This document shows positions 1-12,700 of a DNA stretch of 64,000 nucleotides, piece by piece. The translations under genes and the position numbers were made by a program. Under the pieces are notes generated by a model that was not told the origin of the DNA, did not search any database, and saw only the letters and a list, made by a program, of their open reading frames with translations. The stretch's first letter is position 1, and the number at the start of each line of letters is the position of its first letter. The stretch is from Girardia tigrina (lineage: Eukaryota), in the NCBI GenBank assembly GCA_001938485.1, contig MQRK01248900.1:79055-143054 (forward strand), written 5' to 3'.

Positions 1-81
1 ATCTGTCAAGAAATACCTTATTTATTTTCATACGATAGTTCAAAGTTAAGTTATACGCGATTGAAATGTAAGGTGTGAAGT

Positions 82-265
82 TTGACCCGTTTCATATCGA
101 ACAACCTAATATATACATGTACGGTATTAAATGAATTGCTAAAGATATTACTGACTTTAACTATTAGTGTTGCATCAGTTGAAAGATGCTTTTCTTCCTT
201 GCGTCAACTAAAAACATATTTAAGAAATACAATGTGTGAAGAAAAGTTAACAGAATTAGCTTTGC

Positions 266-311
<46 letters not shown>

Positions 312-806
312 AATATAAATGTTAATATTTTTAATGTTATTGAACGTTTTGCAAAGGTGTAAAATCGTAAATTAAATATAATTGTGATTCCGCTATATTG
401 TTTGTATTTTAAATAAACTGTTATTGTGATTTTTTTAATTTTGTTACACTTGTATATAATTTTGTAAAATCTTTATTTAATAGCTAATTTGTTAGAATCA
501 TTGTAATATTTCTGTATCAAGAAGCCTATAGTAATATCTGAATTATTTATAACGTCTCTCATAATCTCTTATAAATTACAAAACAACTAAGCATTTGTCT
601 TTATAAAATATTTTAAAATAAAATTTAAAAAATATAAAGTAATAGTATTATTTTAAGTAGAATGTGTTTTTATTTGAACATAGAGTTTAGAAAACGTAAT
701 AACAACTACATGTATATCATAGTATAATTATGCTTTTTTTCTAATTTTCTATTTTTTTGTTTAATTCGGAATCACCCCCTTTAATCATAGTCCAGATCAG
801 TCCCTG
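82..806 (+). mobile_element. hAT transposon 3' remnant (dimerization domain and right end)
   Basis: TISVASVERCFSSLRQLKTYLRNTMCEEKLTELALLHI is the hAT C-terminal motif, interrupted by (AT)n. Terminus-like ...agatcagtccctg ends at 806. Confidence 0.75.
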
Positions 807-1551
807 CTTTACCAGTATATAAAAATTTAATTCCTGAACCAAATTATTACTATCGTTGAGGTAATTACGAAATCCAAATACGATTCTGTTATTGTACGGT
901 CATTCACCAAATGTTTCAATGGATACAACAATGCGCCTTTAACAAGATCAAAAATATTATATAAGAAAAAATATGATTTTGTGTTATCTAATGTATTATT
1001 TAAACATTAAAAACGTTAACGGATGGATAAAACATAATAGTTTGGTTCACGAACAAACGAGAAAATGATTCAATATTGGAGATATAAATAAATGCAGTTA
1101 CTTCAGTTTCTTAATCGTATAGATAAGAGAACAATTGTATTCATGATTAAGATGTCCGTCAAAGATGGACAGATTTAATAGACGCAAATGTGGTACAACA
1201 AAATATTTGTACGAGGTTCACAAAAGTTGATGAAGTTAATTGAAATTTTCCTTGGTTTGGATAATTGAAAAAATGAACAGTATTTATTAGAAAATCTGAT
1301 GAATATTGCTCGTAATTGAGATCGGATATCTTTGATTGGGAAAGTTGTGAATTGTAAATATAAGATTAAACAAAATTCCACCATCTACAGTCTCTTCTTT
1401 AATTTCTTCTTTATATAATTATTTGCATTTTTAGTTTTATATTTATAGGTATTTATGACAATACTGTTAATCAATATTGGCAGTATACTCTTTACTTAAT
1501 TAAAATTTAATTTGTATAATAATAATAAAAATAATTAAAATGATATTTTAT

Positions 1552-1589
<38 letters not shown>

Positions 1590-1624
1590 AAATATAATTT
1601 GATTAAAGCTTTTTTTATATAATT

Positions 1625-1666
1625 ATTGGACATGTTTCGATGTTTACATACATCATCATCAGCAAT
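1625..1666 (-). ncRNA. Minimal type-I hammerhead ribozyme (antisense twin of 1752-1793)
   Basis: Exact reverse complement of the + strand motif. Confidence 0.85.
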
Positions 1667-1751
1667 TTTAATACAATTGTATTAAATAAAATTTTTTAAA
1701 TAAAATTGTATTATTCAAACAATTCAATATTCATATACTAAACATCCAAAA

Positions 1752-1793
1752 ATTGCTGATGATGATGTATGTAAACATCGAAACATGTCCAAT
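1752..1793 (+). ncRNA. Minimal type-I hammerhead ribozyme
   Basis: attg-CTGATGA-t-gatg(tatgtaaa)catc-GAAA-catgTC-caat. Intact core, 4-bp stem II, palindromic ACATGT stem III, stem I attg/caat. Predicted cleavage after GUC at 1789. Confidence 0.85.
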
Positions 1794-2144
1794 AATTATA
1801 TAAAAAAGCTTTAATCAAATTATATTTTCGAAATACTAAACTTGCGTTCAGACTCTATATATATATATATATAATGCTTGATATAATACAAATATAAATA
1901 TTAATAATATAAATATTAATAATTAACTTTTAATTATCTACTGTGGACATTACAATTACCTTGGAATAATATTAACGAAATTCATCTGTGAATGTTCAAA
2001 TAAATAATAATAATATTATTAATATTATAATACATTTATAATGAATAGGTAAAGAAAAATTAATATCTCTAACATAAAAACAAATTTTCTTGTTATTCTT
2101 ATAAAGTGTTGAAATATCTTGGAAACTGATTAAATAATTGCTAG

Positions 2145-2346
2145 GGCGCAGGAATCCAGATGATGAAGTTATTTCGCTTGGTGAGACTGATTCGATTATT
2201 GCAGAAGATAGACCGTTATGCTGAGTATAGCAGCGTCCTGCTAGCCCTTTTGATGTCCGCATTTGCTCTGTGCGCCCACTGGCTGGCGTGCGTGTGGTAT
2301 GTCATAGGAAAGGAAGAACTGTCGCATAATTCTACTAAAAATATAA
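2145..2346 (+). CDS. Elk: KCNH Elk/Kv12-type voltage-gated K+ channel, internal exon (S4, S4-S5 linker, S5)
   Basis: Acceptor ctAG|GGC at 2143-2144. Translates [55 protein letters not shown]. Donor A|GTAAG at 2347, phase 1, matches the next exon. Confidence 0.93.
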
Positions 2347-2592
2347 GTAAGCATCCTCTTAGTTTAATGTAATATTATGATTATGATTATTATTAGTAGT
2401 GTATTATGACTAATATTATTATATTAATATTACAAATAATGTTATTTATATTAATTTTTAAAATGTTCCTGTAAATGAAATTTGCGATAATAATTTTATC
2501 TCCTTAAATAATTCAATACAAACATACAAAATATTGATAATAAAATGAACTTTTGTCAGAAATATAGGATCAGAAATCTGTTGTTATATATA

Positions 2593-3755
2593 TAGGGATT
2601 CCAAACGTAATCAGTTTTTAAAATTCTGTAATTTCGGAATTACGGAATAATTCTGTAATTCGAAAAACCTTCCAATCTCTTTGTAAAATAAAAAAAATTT
2701 GCTGCTTTAGAATTTCTTTTTGAAAAAAAATAAAAAAACATACATTCTTAGAAACTCAATATTTATTACCATATAAGTCAAATTCAGAAATGTAAAGAAA
2801 TATGCATTTTAAATAGAATTTTAGAAAAAAAGAATAAAGCAACGCATTTATGGTTTTTTTTTTGAAGTAAGCCCGAAGAAATGAAAGTGCATTAATTATT
2901 ATATCGCTCAACCGAGAGCGAAGTTTTTTAACAATATTCCCGGCAACAGAAAATATCCGCTCGCATTCTACACTTGTAGGCCTAATAGAAAAAGGGCTTT
3001 TGTCATTTAAAAGATCCAATCGTTTCATTTCGTATTTAAATAATACTAATTTTCGTTGTAAAAGTCTTTCTGTTTTTTGAAGTCGGTTAGCAGGTGGGGT
3101 TGTACTCATGGTTGCATTAATAGCTCACTGAAGTTTTTTTCCCCTTGTTCCAGTTCAATGTTACATTCTGCATCCAACGAAGTATTTTTATGATTAAGAT
3201 CATCAATAGCCGTTATCAAAATATTTCTTTCCGTAATCTTTTTAATCAAAGAAAAAAATTCTTTCTTTAATGAAGCTTTTGTCGGCTCTCAAAAATTATG
3301 TATAAACCATATATGGTATATCATTGATGCAAATATTGCAAAACGTTACTCAAAATGGTTCGTCGTTTCTCTATTTGGACAATAACAGCATTCTGAATAT
3401 TCCTGTTTAATTGTGATGAATCCTTTTCTAAAGTATCGAGCAAAAACTCTATTGTTGTATCAGCAGAGAGTAGATTACAATCGCATCGGCATAGAGTTTC
3501 AACACTGACAATAAATGATAGTGTGAAAATTTGATCAAACTAGTAAATGAAAAAAAAACGTTTTGCGATTATCCACAAATGTTTAAACTGTATTAAATAG
3601 AAATGTTTTGGTTTTTTTTCCACCATGCTTCTAGCTTATTTTATGTAATTCCATAAATTACGGAATTTCTTTAAAAATTACGTAAAAAAATAATAGCATA
3701 AAAACCTATCCAAATTACGGAATTCCGTTATTCCGAAATTACGATTAAAATCCCT

Positions 3756-3756
<1 letters not shown>
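2593..3756 (-). mobile_element. Internally deleted hAT transposon
   Basis: TIRs TAGGGATT.../...AATCCCTA with subterminal aattacgg repeats. Minus-strand SIRPTSVECERIFSVAGNIVKKLRSRLSD. Flanks tatatata/tacatata resemble an 8-bp TSD. Confidence 0.8.
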
Positions 3757-3814
<58 letters not shown>

Positions 3815-3864
3815 NNNNNNNNNNNNNNNNNNNNNNNNNNNNNNNNNNNNNNNNNNNNNNNNNN

Positions 3865-3902
<38 letters not shown>

Positions 3903-3903
3903 G

Positions 3904-5360
3904 AATAAAACACACCATTTTAAGAATTTTTTATCATACAACAAAAACATGTTTCGCTATTACGACATTATCACTTGTGAAATACTTTCGGATTACAAGT
4001 CGTTTTTAGGCTTATATACTATTACGCGATATTTTTCAAATATTTAAAAATTTTAATGTGATTGGATAATTTCCTTAAGCATGGTTTTAAATGCTTTTTT
4101 TAATAATGTCTCAGTGACTATCCTCTCATGATTTGTCTCAAAACCTTTCTTGAAGACTTTAAATTAAGTTTCATATTTTACTTTATTTCTATTTTCAATA
4201 TTTCTTCAAAGTTTGGAGAAAGAATTTAATTGTTTTGAAGGAAACATACCTTTATTTTACACTAGATATGCTAAAGATATCTTCTTGATTTTTGAAAATA
4301 AAAGCCATATAGATGATTTATTACAATTTATGAATTAACTTTATCCAAACATGAGATTTGCCTGTGAAAGTGAATCAGCAGACAAGATTTCATTTTTGAA
4401 TGTAATAATTGAAAGAAAACCGATTGACTATGAAACTGAAGTATTTCAAAAGTGTACGGACACGGGTTTATACAATAATCCTATGAGTTTCTGTGATCCC
4501 AAGTACAATAAAAATATGGTGAAGGGATTAATTCACAGAATATGGAATTTATTATTGACTCTTTGTCGTGTGAAAGAGGTTATGCCATTGTTGATCTTAA
4601 ACGTAGGTTAGAAAATAATAGGTAGCATAAAAATTATTTAAATAATTTGATAAAATCACAATTGATTAAATTTAGGAAAATCCAACTATAAAAATGATAG
4701 CAGTAATGTAATAAAAACAATAAATTTTAAATTACCATTTTCTGAAGAAGCATGGGATTTGAGGAAAAGTACAATTAAAAAGGTTCCCTTGGGTTTTAAT
4801 TTGGGGGTGATCTTCATAAGTAATAAACTGTCCAAATATTTCTCTAGTAAATCAAAAACTCCATCGGTTGTTCAGGCTAATCTAGTATATCTGTTTATAT
4901 GTCACGAGTGTGAATCCGTGTACATTAGAGAAACAATCATCATCTCCGCACTGGAAAAGCTGAACAAACCCTATTGAGTAGGATTATTCTCGATTACATG
5001 AAAAAATGCAAAACTAAAGATAAAGTTAACTATGAAACTGAATCTACAGTCATGAAGAAAGATTTCGACATTTTTTGAAGAAAGATTTTGATGCTCACTG
5101 AGGCATGATTAATAAAGCCTTTAAAACCATACTTAAATGACCAAAGGGAATAATCTAATCATATTAAAAATTTTTAATATTTTAAAAAATATTGTGTAAG
5201 AGTCAATGTGTCATGTAAACGACTTGTAATCCGAAAGTATTTCACAACTGATAATACCGCAGTGGCGAAACATATTTTGTTTTATAAAAAATTATTAAAA
5301 TGGCGTGTTTTTTACTTATTTTTTTATAAATAAATTGCCATTAAATTTAAATTTTAAAAA
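3904..5360 (+). mobile_element. 5'-truncated Penelope-like retroelement with inverted pseudo-LTRs
   Basis: RT C-terminal remnant (ESESADKISFLNVII...QKCTDTGLY) and GIY-YIG remnant (NLVYLFICHECESVYIRET). Inverted repeats at about 3904-4006 and 5215-5315, each with a degenerate hammerhead. Confidence 0.85.
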
Positions 5361-7511
5361 TATGTGTGCGTATACTATCATAAATAAATATCATTTCGCG
5401 ATAAAAAAATATAACTTATGACTCAAATCCTCAATAGTTATATACTGGTGTTGCTTCATTTCAGCTACAATTTCAACTATATCATCGTAAAGGTCATTAG
5501 AAAATTAAATCGAAACCTATTTGTTTTCTCAAGAAATTCATTTAAAGTTGAAAATGCTTTAAAAAATAATTATTCAAATTAATTTCGCAACCCACTGTAT
5601 ACTAATTTGTAAAAATAGATATTGGTCAAAATTATGTCCAAATTATCGAAAGACGCCATCATGACTCTGCTTCACAATAGCGACGATTCGAATATTTATC
5701 GTCATAGAGCGAGCGTGCGAATAATGAGAATGATATCACAAACGAGTCTCAGTGGCTCGTTGATCAAATAATGTCGCTTGTCGTCCTGACCAAGTGGGAT
5801 AAAATCGCCAGGCCCTGATTTTTAGATCTATTAGCTTATCCGGGGATGGGTAGCACTCCAGAAGAAAGAGAAAAAGAAACGGCTCTCGTAAGCGCCACAA
5901 TTATCGATTGTCTAAAAAATAAAAAACAAAAATAAAAAAGATAGATTTAATGAGTGACTTGACAAGATTCAGTGGCCATGTCAATGCTTACAGCCCAGGT
6001 AATATTGAAATTATAGAAGAATGCACGAAACAGGGTTAATCTTTTTTTTAAATAAATATATCCAAATTTATAGGAATAGCTTAATTAATATTTTGAAACT
6101 AATTAACTCTAATTACTTATTAAAAATATAAAATTAAAAGATGTTTTAATAAATTCTTTGAACATTTTTTTATAAATATTATAAATATATATTTATGTAT
6201 AATTCGATTTTATCACAGATACGATTCTATTGATATGATGTATTAAACCGAGATTTAAGGTTACAGTTAATGATCCCCTACTGCGCTTGAATGAATCACT
6301 ATAAACACTGATTCTCTTAACTTTCTTTTTTTCCTTTTTTATATCTTCATTTGAAAAGACAGAAAAAATACGTATAAAAACTGACTTATTTTAATCCATC
6401 AACAGATAAAGTTGTTTTGAACTGAAAATACATTCGTTCAGAATTTATCCGAATTGTCTGCACAAATGATTTCAGGCAATATAAATAAATTTAATAATAT
6501 TTTAATTTTAGTTACGTACATCATTTTAAATTTTTATTCTTTTTTTTAACATTGAAAGAAATGAAGTTTAATTAAAGAGAAAATAATTAATAATTGACAG
6601 AAATTCTCAATTAATCAACTTTGAGAACTCAACATGCTTTTCTATCTTGACTTTTTTTAACTATTAAATCACGAATTCATTATAAATTATCGGAAATTTT
6701 TCTAAAGATATTCGAATATTATTTTTATTATTTATTTCACCTTTTTTATATGTAGTAATGAGAACTTAATTTGCAATTATTAATAATTATTATAATTATT
6801 ATCGATAATTATTCGTGATTTAGTATTTAGTTGGTATCTCATCGTTTATGGTCAGACTGTTTTCTACGTTTAATTTTTGTATTTAATATTAATTATATTA
6901 TTAGTGTTCATTTTTGTTGTCGGGGTATTTCTTCATTTTTTTCCAAAATATATTCAGTGATGTTGTTTTTGGCAATAAAAAAGATTTGTTTTAGAAAGTG
7001 TTACACTTAGTCTCAAGGTTGCCACGAAGACCGGGTGGTGGTATTGATAGTGAAATTATTGAAATTACAGTACAAAAATTCTTCATTTCTCGAAAGTAAA
7101 AATTGAAGAAAAAAATAATTTTAAAAATCACTGTCTTTCACAACACTTGCTCGAGTGATTTCGAGTCTCCACTATGTCCCAAACTCATAAGCGCGATTAC
7201 TGAGCAATTAATAATCGATTGATTGAAAATGATTTATCGATAAAAATAACCGCACAAAACTTATAACAACCCCAACAAAGACATCTTTGTTCGAGTTTAA
7301 AGAAAAATCACAAATTCAAATTTCTGATAATAATACTTTTTCAAATTTAATTATTTTTATTTTAAATCTTTTTTTATTTAATTTTTCTTTAATTAATTGA
7401 ATTAACTATATCATTTATTTATATATTTATATATAATGGAAGCAATAACAATTTTAGTGATTGTAATTCATTAAAAATCCAAGTTGTCTTTGGACAGACG
7501 AGGACTTGTTT

Positions 7512-9060
7512 TACAGTATAAATAATAATAACAAAATAATATTATAATTAAAATTAACAGCCAATTAAAATGTTTGAAACTGTTTATTAATTTCGACGTA
7601 TTAATCGTCATCTTCAGAACAACTAATTTTTTACGTTACTTATATACTGTCTGTAGTGATTATGTAATCAATCATTTAAAACCATTAATAAAATTGTCGA
7701 GAGTGCATTTTGAACGTTAATTTTAGGATGAAAAGATCTTGTATATAATGCGTCACATGTCCTTTTCTCCCAATAATTCTTAAATTGAGTGCACAGAATT
7801 TTAAAGTTATGGATATTTATGTCCCCTTTAAAATGTTTACTATGTCCACCAATATTACTTCCACTTTCCTTACGACTTTGTTCATGTATTCTATTACAGA
7901 GATGATGTGAAGTCTATTCAATGTATGTGGCATTACACTCATTACTTGTATATTGGTAAATGAGATCCGAACTAATGTAAACGGTGTTGAAGATTTATTG
8001 CTAAACATATCTTCAATTTTTTGGATACAGGAAATTATTTTTAAATTTACAGTCCTATCTACTTCTTTTACAATATAAATTTTAAATGTTTCGAAACCTT
8101 CTAAATAAGGTACAATTAAAACATATCTAAATTTTAAACTGTTTTTATTAGTGTTCTAAGAATAATCTTGATCTCGAACATCTATAAGTTTATTCTTATT
8201 ATTTTTATCAATTAATTTATCAATAGTTTCTTTTGTTTGTTTGTCAACTAATGATTTTGAAAATCCATTATGATATATTAATTTTGTTAATTTATTAAGA
8301 CTTTCATCACATCTCTTAAACGTGGATGAAAGGGCTAAAACGATAAATAAGGCCTTTGATCATATTTCTATGATATTTAAATTCACAGAAATATTAAAAA
8401 TATTAAAAAATATATTTGGGCTTGTATATAAACCCGTATCAGTTTTCTTTCATTAAATTTCAGTCTCATAAAAAAAATTTTCCCTCAATTAACAAATCCA
8501 GAAATGATAATTTTATTGTCATTCTTGTTACGATTTTGGTGAGCTCGTAAATTTTTTAATTTTAAAAACGGAACGCTTAAAACATTGTAAGATTTAAAAA
8601 TAAAAAAAGATTTAAAAACATCGTTCTAATTGGTTTTTTAAGCAAATCCTTTTCTCTTAAGATTTGTAGCAATTTTTAACGCAAAATTTGTTAAGTTAGT
8701 TTCGTTAACTGGTTTGTTAGATTCTCTCAATCTTCTATAAATCTCAAAAACGTTTTCATCAATTTCTTTATAAATGTCTAATTTATGTAGAATTTCTTGA
8801 ATATTTCTTCTTATTGTCCGTGATCTTGAGAAACATCAACATGGGAAAAAGAATATTTTCTACTATATTATTTATTAAATTTGTACCATTTTTAATTTTT
8901 TGAAAATGAGTTGAATTCCGAAGATTTTATCTCTTTCACTTTTTGAGCATAAATAATTTTCCATATCTTTTTTATTCTAGATATTGTTCCTTTGCTAGTA
9001 AAAAAATTCTTCTGTCAATTATCGTTCTGTTTTCCTTTTTTTAGAATTTTGCTACTTCGA
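7512..9060 (-). mobile_element. Decayed Penelope-like retroelement
   Basis: Minus-strand LSFLDLL...DTGLYT (RT) and CNATYIE.TSHHLCNRIHE (GIY-YIG) remnants, with a terminal repeat containing a hammerhead. Boundaries are approximate. Confidence 0.75.
7581..7621 (-). ncRNA. Minimal type-I hammerhead ribozyme
   Basis: Minus strand reads tgtt-CTGAAGA-t-gacg(attaata)cgtc-GAAA-ttaaTA-aaca. Intact core, palindromic ATTAAT stem III, AUA cleavage triplet. Confidence 0.8.
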
Positions 9061-9984
9061 TCTTTTCTTCAAGTGATAATTTTTTCACAATATAAACGGA
9101 TAAAATATTTTTGAATAAAAAATAAACAACCTCAAGATATAAACAAAAACATATTTTTTCTTAAAAATTTTAAACGTTTTTATGATAAAAAAAATTTATT
9201 TCAAAAGATTAAAAATTTTAAAAAGAAAAAAAATAAAACAGATTTGGTAATGTAAAAAAATAGCAAAAAACATTTTGCTCCAAAATAAAAATACTTTTTT
9301 AATTTTGCCCTAAAAATTGGGTTGCCCCAACATCGGGTTTAGCCCCAAAACTGGAGTCCTACTGTAATACAATTTAATATTTAAAATTAGTATTAAACGT
9401 TATGAAACTAAAATGTTAGGAATTTGGTAAGCTCGTAAATTATTTGAACTTTAAAAAAATATAAAACATTTTAAAATGATAATTCATTAAATTTTATAAT
9501 TGTTCAATTTAAAATATCGCATTTAAATTAAATTAAAATTATTCTTAAGCTATAAATTAAATATTGATGTGACCAGTGTCACCGATATCTGTCGCGTAAA
9601 TTATCGAGTCCGTCCCGGTCAAACGTGTCGCCCACAGACTCTGACCGCATTTCGGATCGTATTTTACCTCTAAACAAAATAAGTTCCGTAGACTTATATC
9701 TCATTAGATTATTGAACTCTTGAGAAAGTTAATAATTAAACAACGAAACGTTTGGAACCGATAAAATTAGAGTTTTTTTGCAAAAGCCCTAACTCCCGCT
9801 GCCATGGTTTATGTTTAAATTTGAGATCCCAAGGTTGGGGTGGGGGGTAATTTTAATGCAAAAATACACAGAACAAAAAATGTTTATCAATCATCAAAAT
9901 CTCCGTCAGATAAATAATCAAATGGATTCTACTGAACTTGAACTTCTTGTTTCATTGCATTTAACTCAGGTAGGTTTAGAGGTT

Positions 9985-10040
9985 AGGACGGATCCAGGGG
10001 TGGGGTAATTACCCCTTTTACCCCCCTGGATCCGCCTTTG
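9985..10040. repeat. About 55-bp GC-rich palindrome resembling two fused hAT termini
   Basis: aggacggatccagggg...ggggtaattacccc...cccctggatccgcct. Confidence 0.55.
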
Positions 10041-10990
10041 ATTTCGGTGTATAAGATACATTTTAACCATTATCGTCTTACATAAAATTATCGAAAATTG
10101 AACCTTGTGATGTATTGGTACATGTAACTAGATAAATTCGTTCAGTTGAATTTCTTACAAGAATATTTTGAATCAGTAATAAAACTTTATACATGTTTTT
10201 ATAATATTCAGAATAAAGACATTGGTATACATTACTTAGTCCTTATAAATACTAAAAAGGACATATATATATATATATATAATACAAGCAAATATTTTTA
10301 TTTTTATTAATATTTATTTATTTTTGTTATTTATTTTAAGTCTCATTTTAAAGTTGATCAAAACAAATAGTAAACCAGACATTCTTTCATTACATATGTC
10401 CGAATAAGACTCAAAATCTAGTTAAATTAATTGATGAATGTTTATGGTTTGTTTCTCTCAGGTAATATTTCCATGGCAGACATAATTAAATACCCACGGG
10501 ACGCAAATAAAGTTCATAATTGAGGAAATAATTACCAATGTTAAAAACGAAGAAAAAAGTTTCAGTTTAAAACTAGTTACAATTTTTATTCTGTCTTCAT
10601 AATGAAACAATTGAAATCTAATTATCACAATTCGATTCACTATTTAAGTTTAATTCAATTTGACAAGTCAAATAAAACAAATTTTAAAAATATAAATAAA
10701 TTTTCACCAATGATAATTTTTATGAAATCAGAAAGTGAGGGGAATAAAAACTTTTTATTAAAAATGATTGTAAGTTTTAGGCAAAAAATAATTGTTACAA
10801 TTACCATTAAATCTGGTTTAGATTAGCTTTTTTACAGAATCCAAATATTGCTATCTTTCAATGGCAAGGTTTAATGATTTCGCGTTACACATTTTGGAAA
10901 AGATTTCTTTTCGAAACGAAATTATTCCCCCCAAAAAATGTTTGTTGTTTAAGACCTTTTTAATCCATTTCCTAATTTTTTTATATTAAG

Positions 10991-11921
10991 TGTTGGGAAC
11001 GTTGTTGAGTTCATATAATTTTTGAATTTACAATCTTATCAAATTAATAATTAAACAATTACGTTCCGTAAAATATTGTTATAGATATGTTAAAATAGGA
11101 TTTTCAGAAATTTAATGTAAAAATTAATTTATGTAAGAAATAAAATAAATTTTACGGTAGGTTTATTAAAATATTTATGCAAAGATTTATTATAAAGTAA
11201 AAAAGTTAATTTCCATTTTGATGAAAATATTTAATTGAAATAAAATAAAAAGTAATATAAAGTTTAATATTTTATTCGTGAAATGAAAATAAACTAAACT
11301 ATTTTTGATAACTTTTATTTACACGATTAAATCGAAGTAAATTAAAAATGTAATTATAATTTTTTTTAGGAAATTGTAATTGGAATCAAAATATAATTGT
11401 AAAACAATTAAATCGTCTTAAATGAAAATGCGATTTTAATTTTATTTTGGAAAACGTAATTATTAATGGAAATATAATTTTTATGTAAAAAAGGGGTAAT
11501 TTAAAAGTTGTTAAATTAAACGAAATTGCGATTTTATATTCTATTTTTAAAACATTATTTTACTAAATCCAAAGTAATTTTTAAAACTAATATGAAAACG
11601 AAATGGAAAATGCTATTGTATAGAATTGGGAAATTTAATTGAGAAACAGGTAAATTTAAATGTACAATAAAATTGAAATTTAATAAAAGATGCAACAAAA
11701 TCTTTGTGACAAAATTTTGATTCACTATAATTTTTTATTAAAAAAAGTATAGAATTTTAATTCGTAAAAAATCTATATTTATATCAATTCTTATTTATCA
11801 TGGTCTGTGTAAAAAAGAAAGTACAAAAGTTCCTCGGAAATATTTGTTTAAAAAAAACTCGAATTGTGGTAGAAATAAAATGTTGTGTTGATGACAACTT
11901 CTTTTGATCAAGAACCGAATA
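10991..11921 (+). mobile_element. Gypsy solo LTR (same family as 59856-60886)
   Basis: Starts TGTTGGGAAC and ends GATCAAGAACCGAATA. Flanks ttaag/ttaat. Long similarity to 59856-60886. Confidence 0.8.
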
Positions 11922-12199
11922 TTAATAAACATATTAAGTTTATTAAAAATTTTCCCTGGAGGGTGGTGTTAATAACAGTGTCAACCTTTTAAAATGATGT
12001 TATTATTTAGTGAATGAATAAATAAATAAATAATATTTTTTATTAACTTAAATCCTGTATTTTTGGGACATAATTTATTAAAGAAAATCTTATGTTAATC
12101 ATAATTATTAATTATACGAAAACACTGTAGTCTCTAATATAAGACGTTTTGTTAATAAAATATGTATAATTTAAAACTAATGTTACATAAATACTTTGA

Positions 12200-12700
12200 T
12201 TACTTTTAAAAGTAAATTGAAACGCCGTCTTTAGTTTTGATTGTTCTTCTAGTTCCACTTTGTAATATGCATTACCGAAATCAATCGATGTAAAATATTT
12301 AGATCCATACAACCTCTTCATCATTTCTATCATAATCGGCATTGGAAAAGCCAGTCTCTAAGTATCTAATATCCTTTTTTTCTTTTTTCATCGGGGTATT
12401 TTATAATATTCTTTATAATGTTGCTTTCCCACGAGTATTTTATAGTTTTTTTGATTTCCTTTTCTAGGTTGATGGGTTGTCTATGTGGTTTTAAATAATT
12501 TGGAGTTTTTTGTATCTATTCTGTGCTTTATCAAGGTCATCCTATATACCATCTATTCACCATGAGCACTCTTTGATGCTTCTAGAAAATATTGATTATT
12601 CTAGGTTTATCAGCGATATTCATCGTACTTTTGGCTTTCTGAAATTGTTTTTCATCTGTCCTCATTCATATTGTCAATTTATCATATTCTATAACTTTTA
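12200..12700 (-). mobile_element. Gypsy reverse transcriptase fragment
   Basis: MPIMIEMMKRLYGSKYFTSIDFGNAYYKVELEEQSKLKTAF. Confidence 0.75.

Larger units (their letters stand above)
1586..1855. mobile_element. Fold-back element made of two inverted PLE-type terminal repeats, each carrying a hammerhead ribozyme
   Basis: Arms 1586-1669 and 1749-1831 are reverse complements apart from a 1-nt homopolymer difference. There is a short tail to 1855, and (AT)n on both sides. Confidence 0.8.

Noticed and set aside
3678-3950. ORFs with IYIYIY runs (also 82-318, 41190-41402)
   Set aside because: These are translations of (AT)n microsatellites and N gaps.
5745-5830. tRNA or tRNA-derived SINE
   Set aside because: Only weak A/B-box resemblance and no cloverleaf could be drawn.
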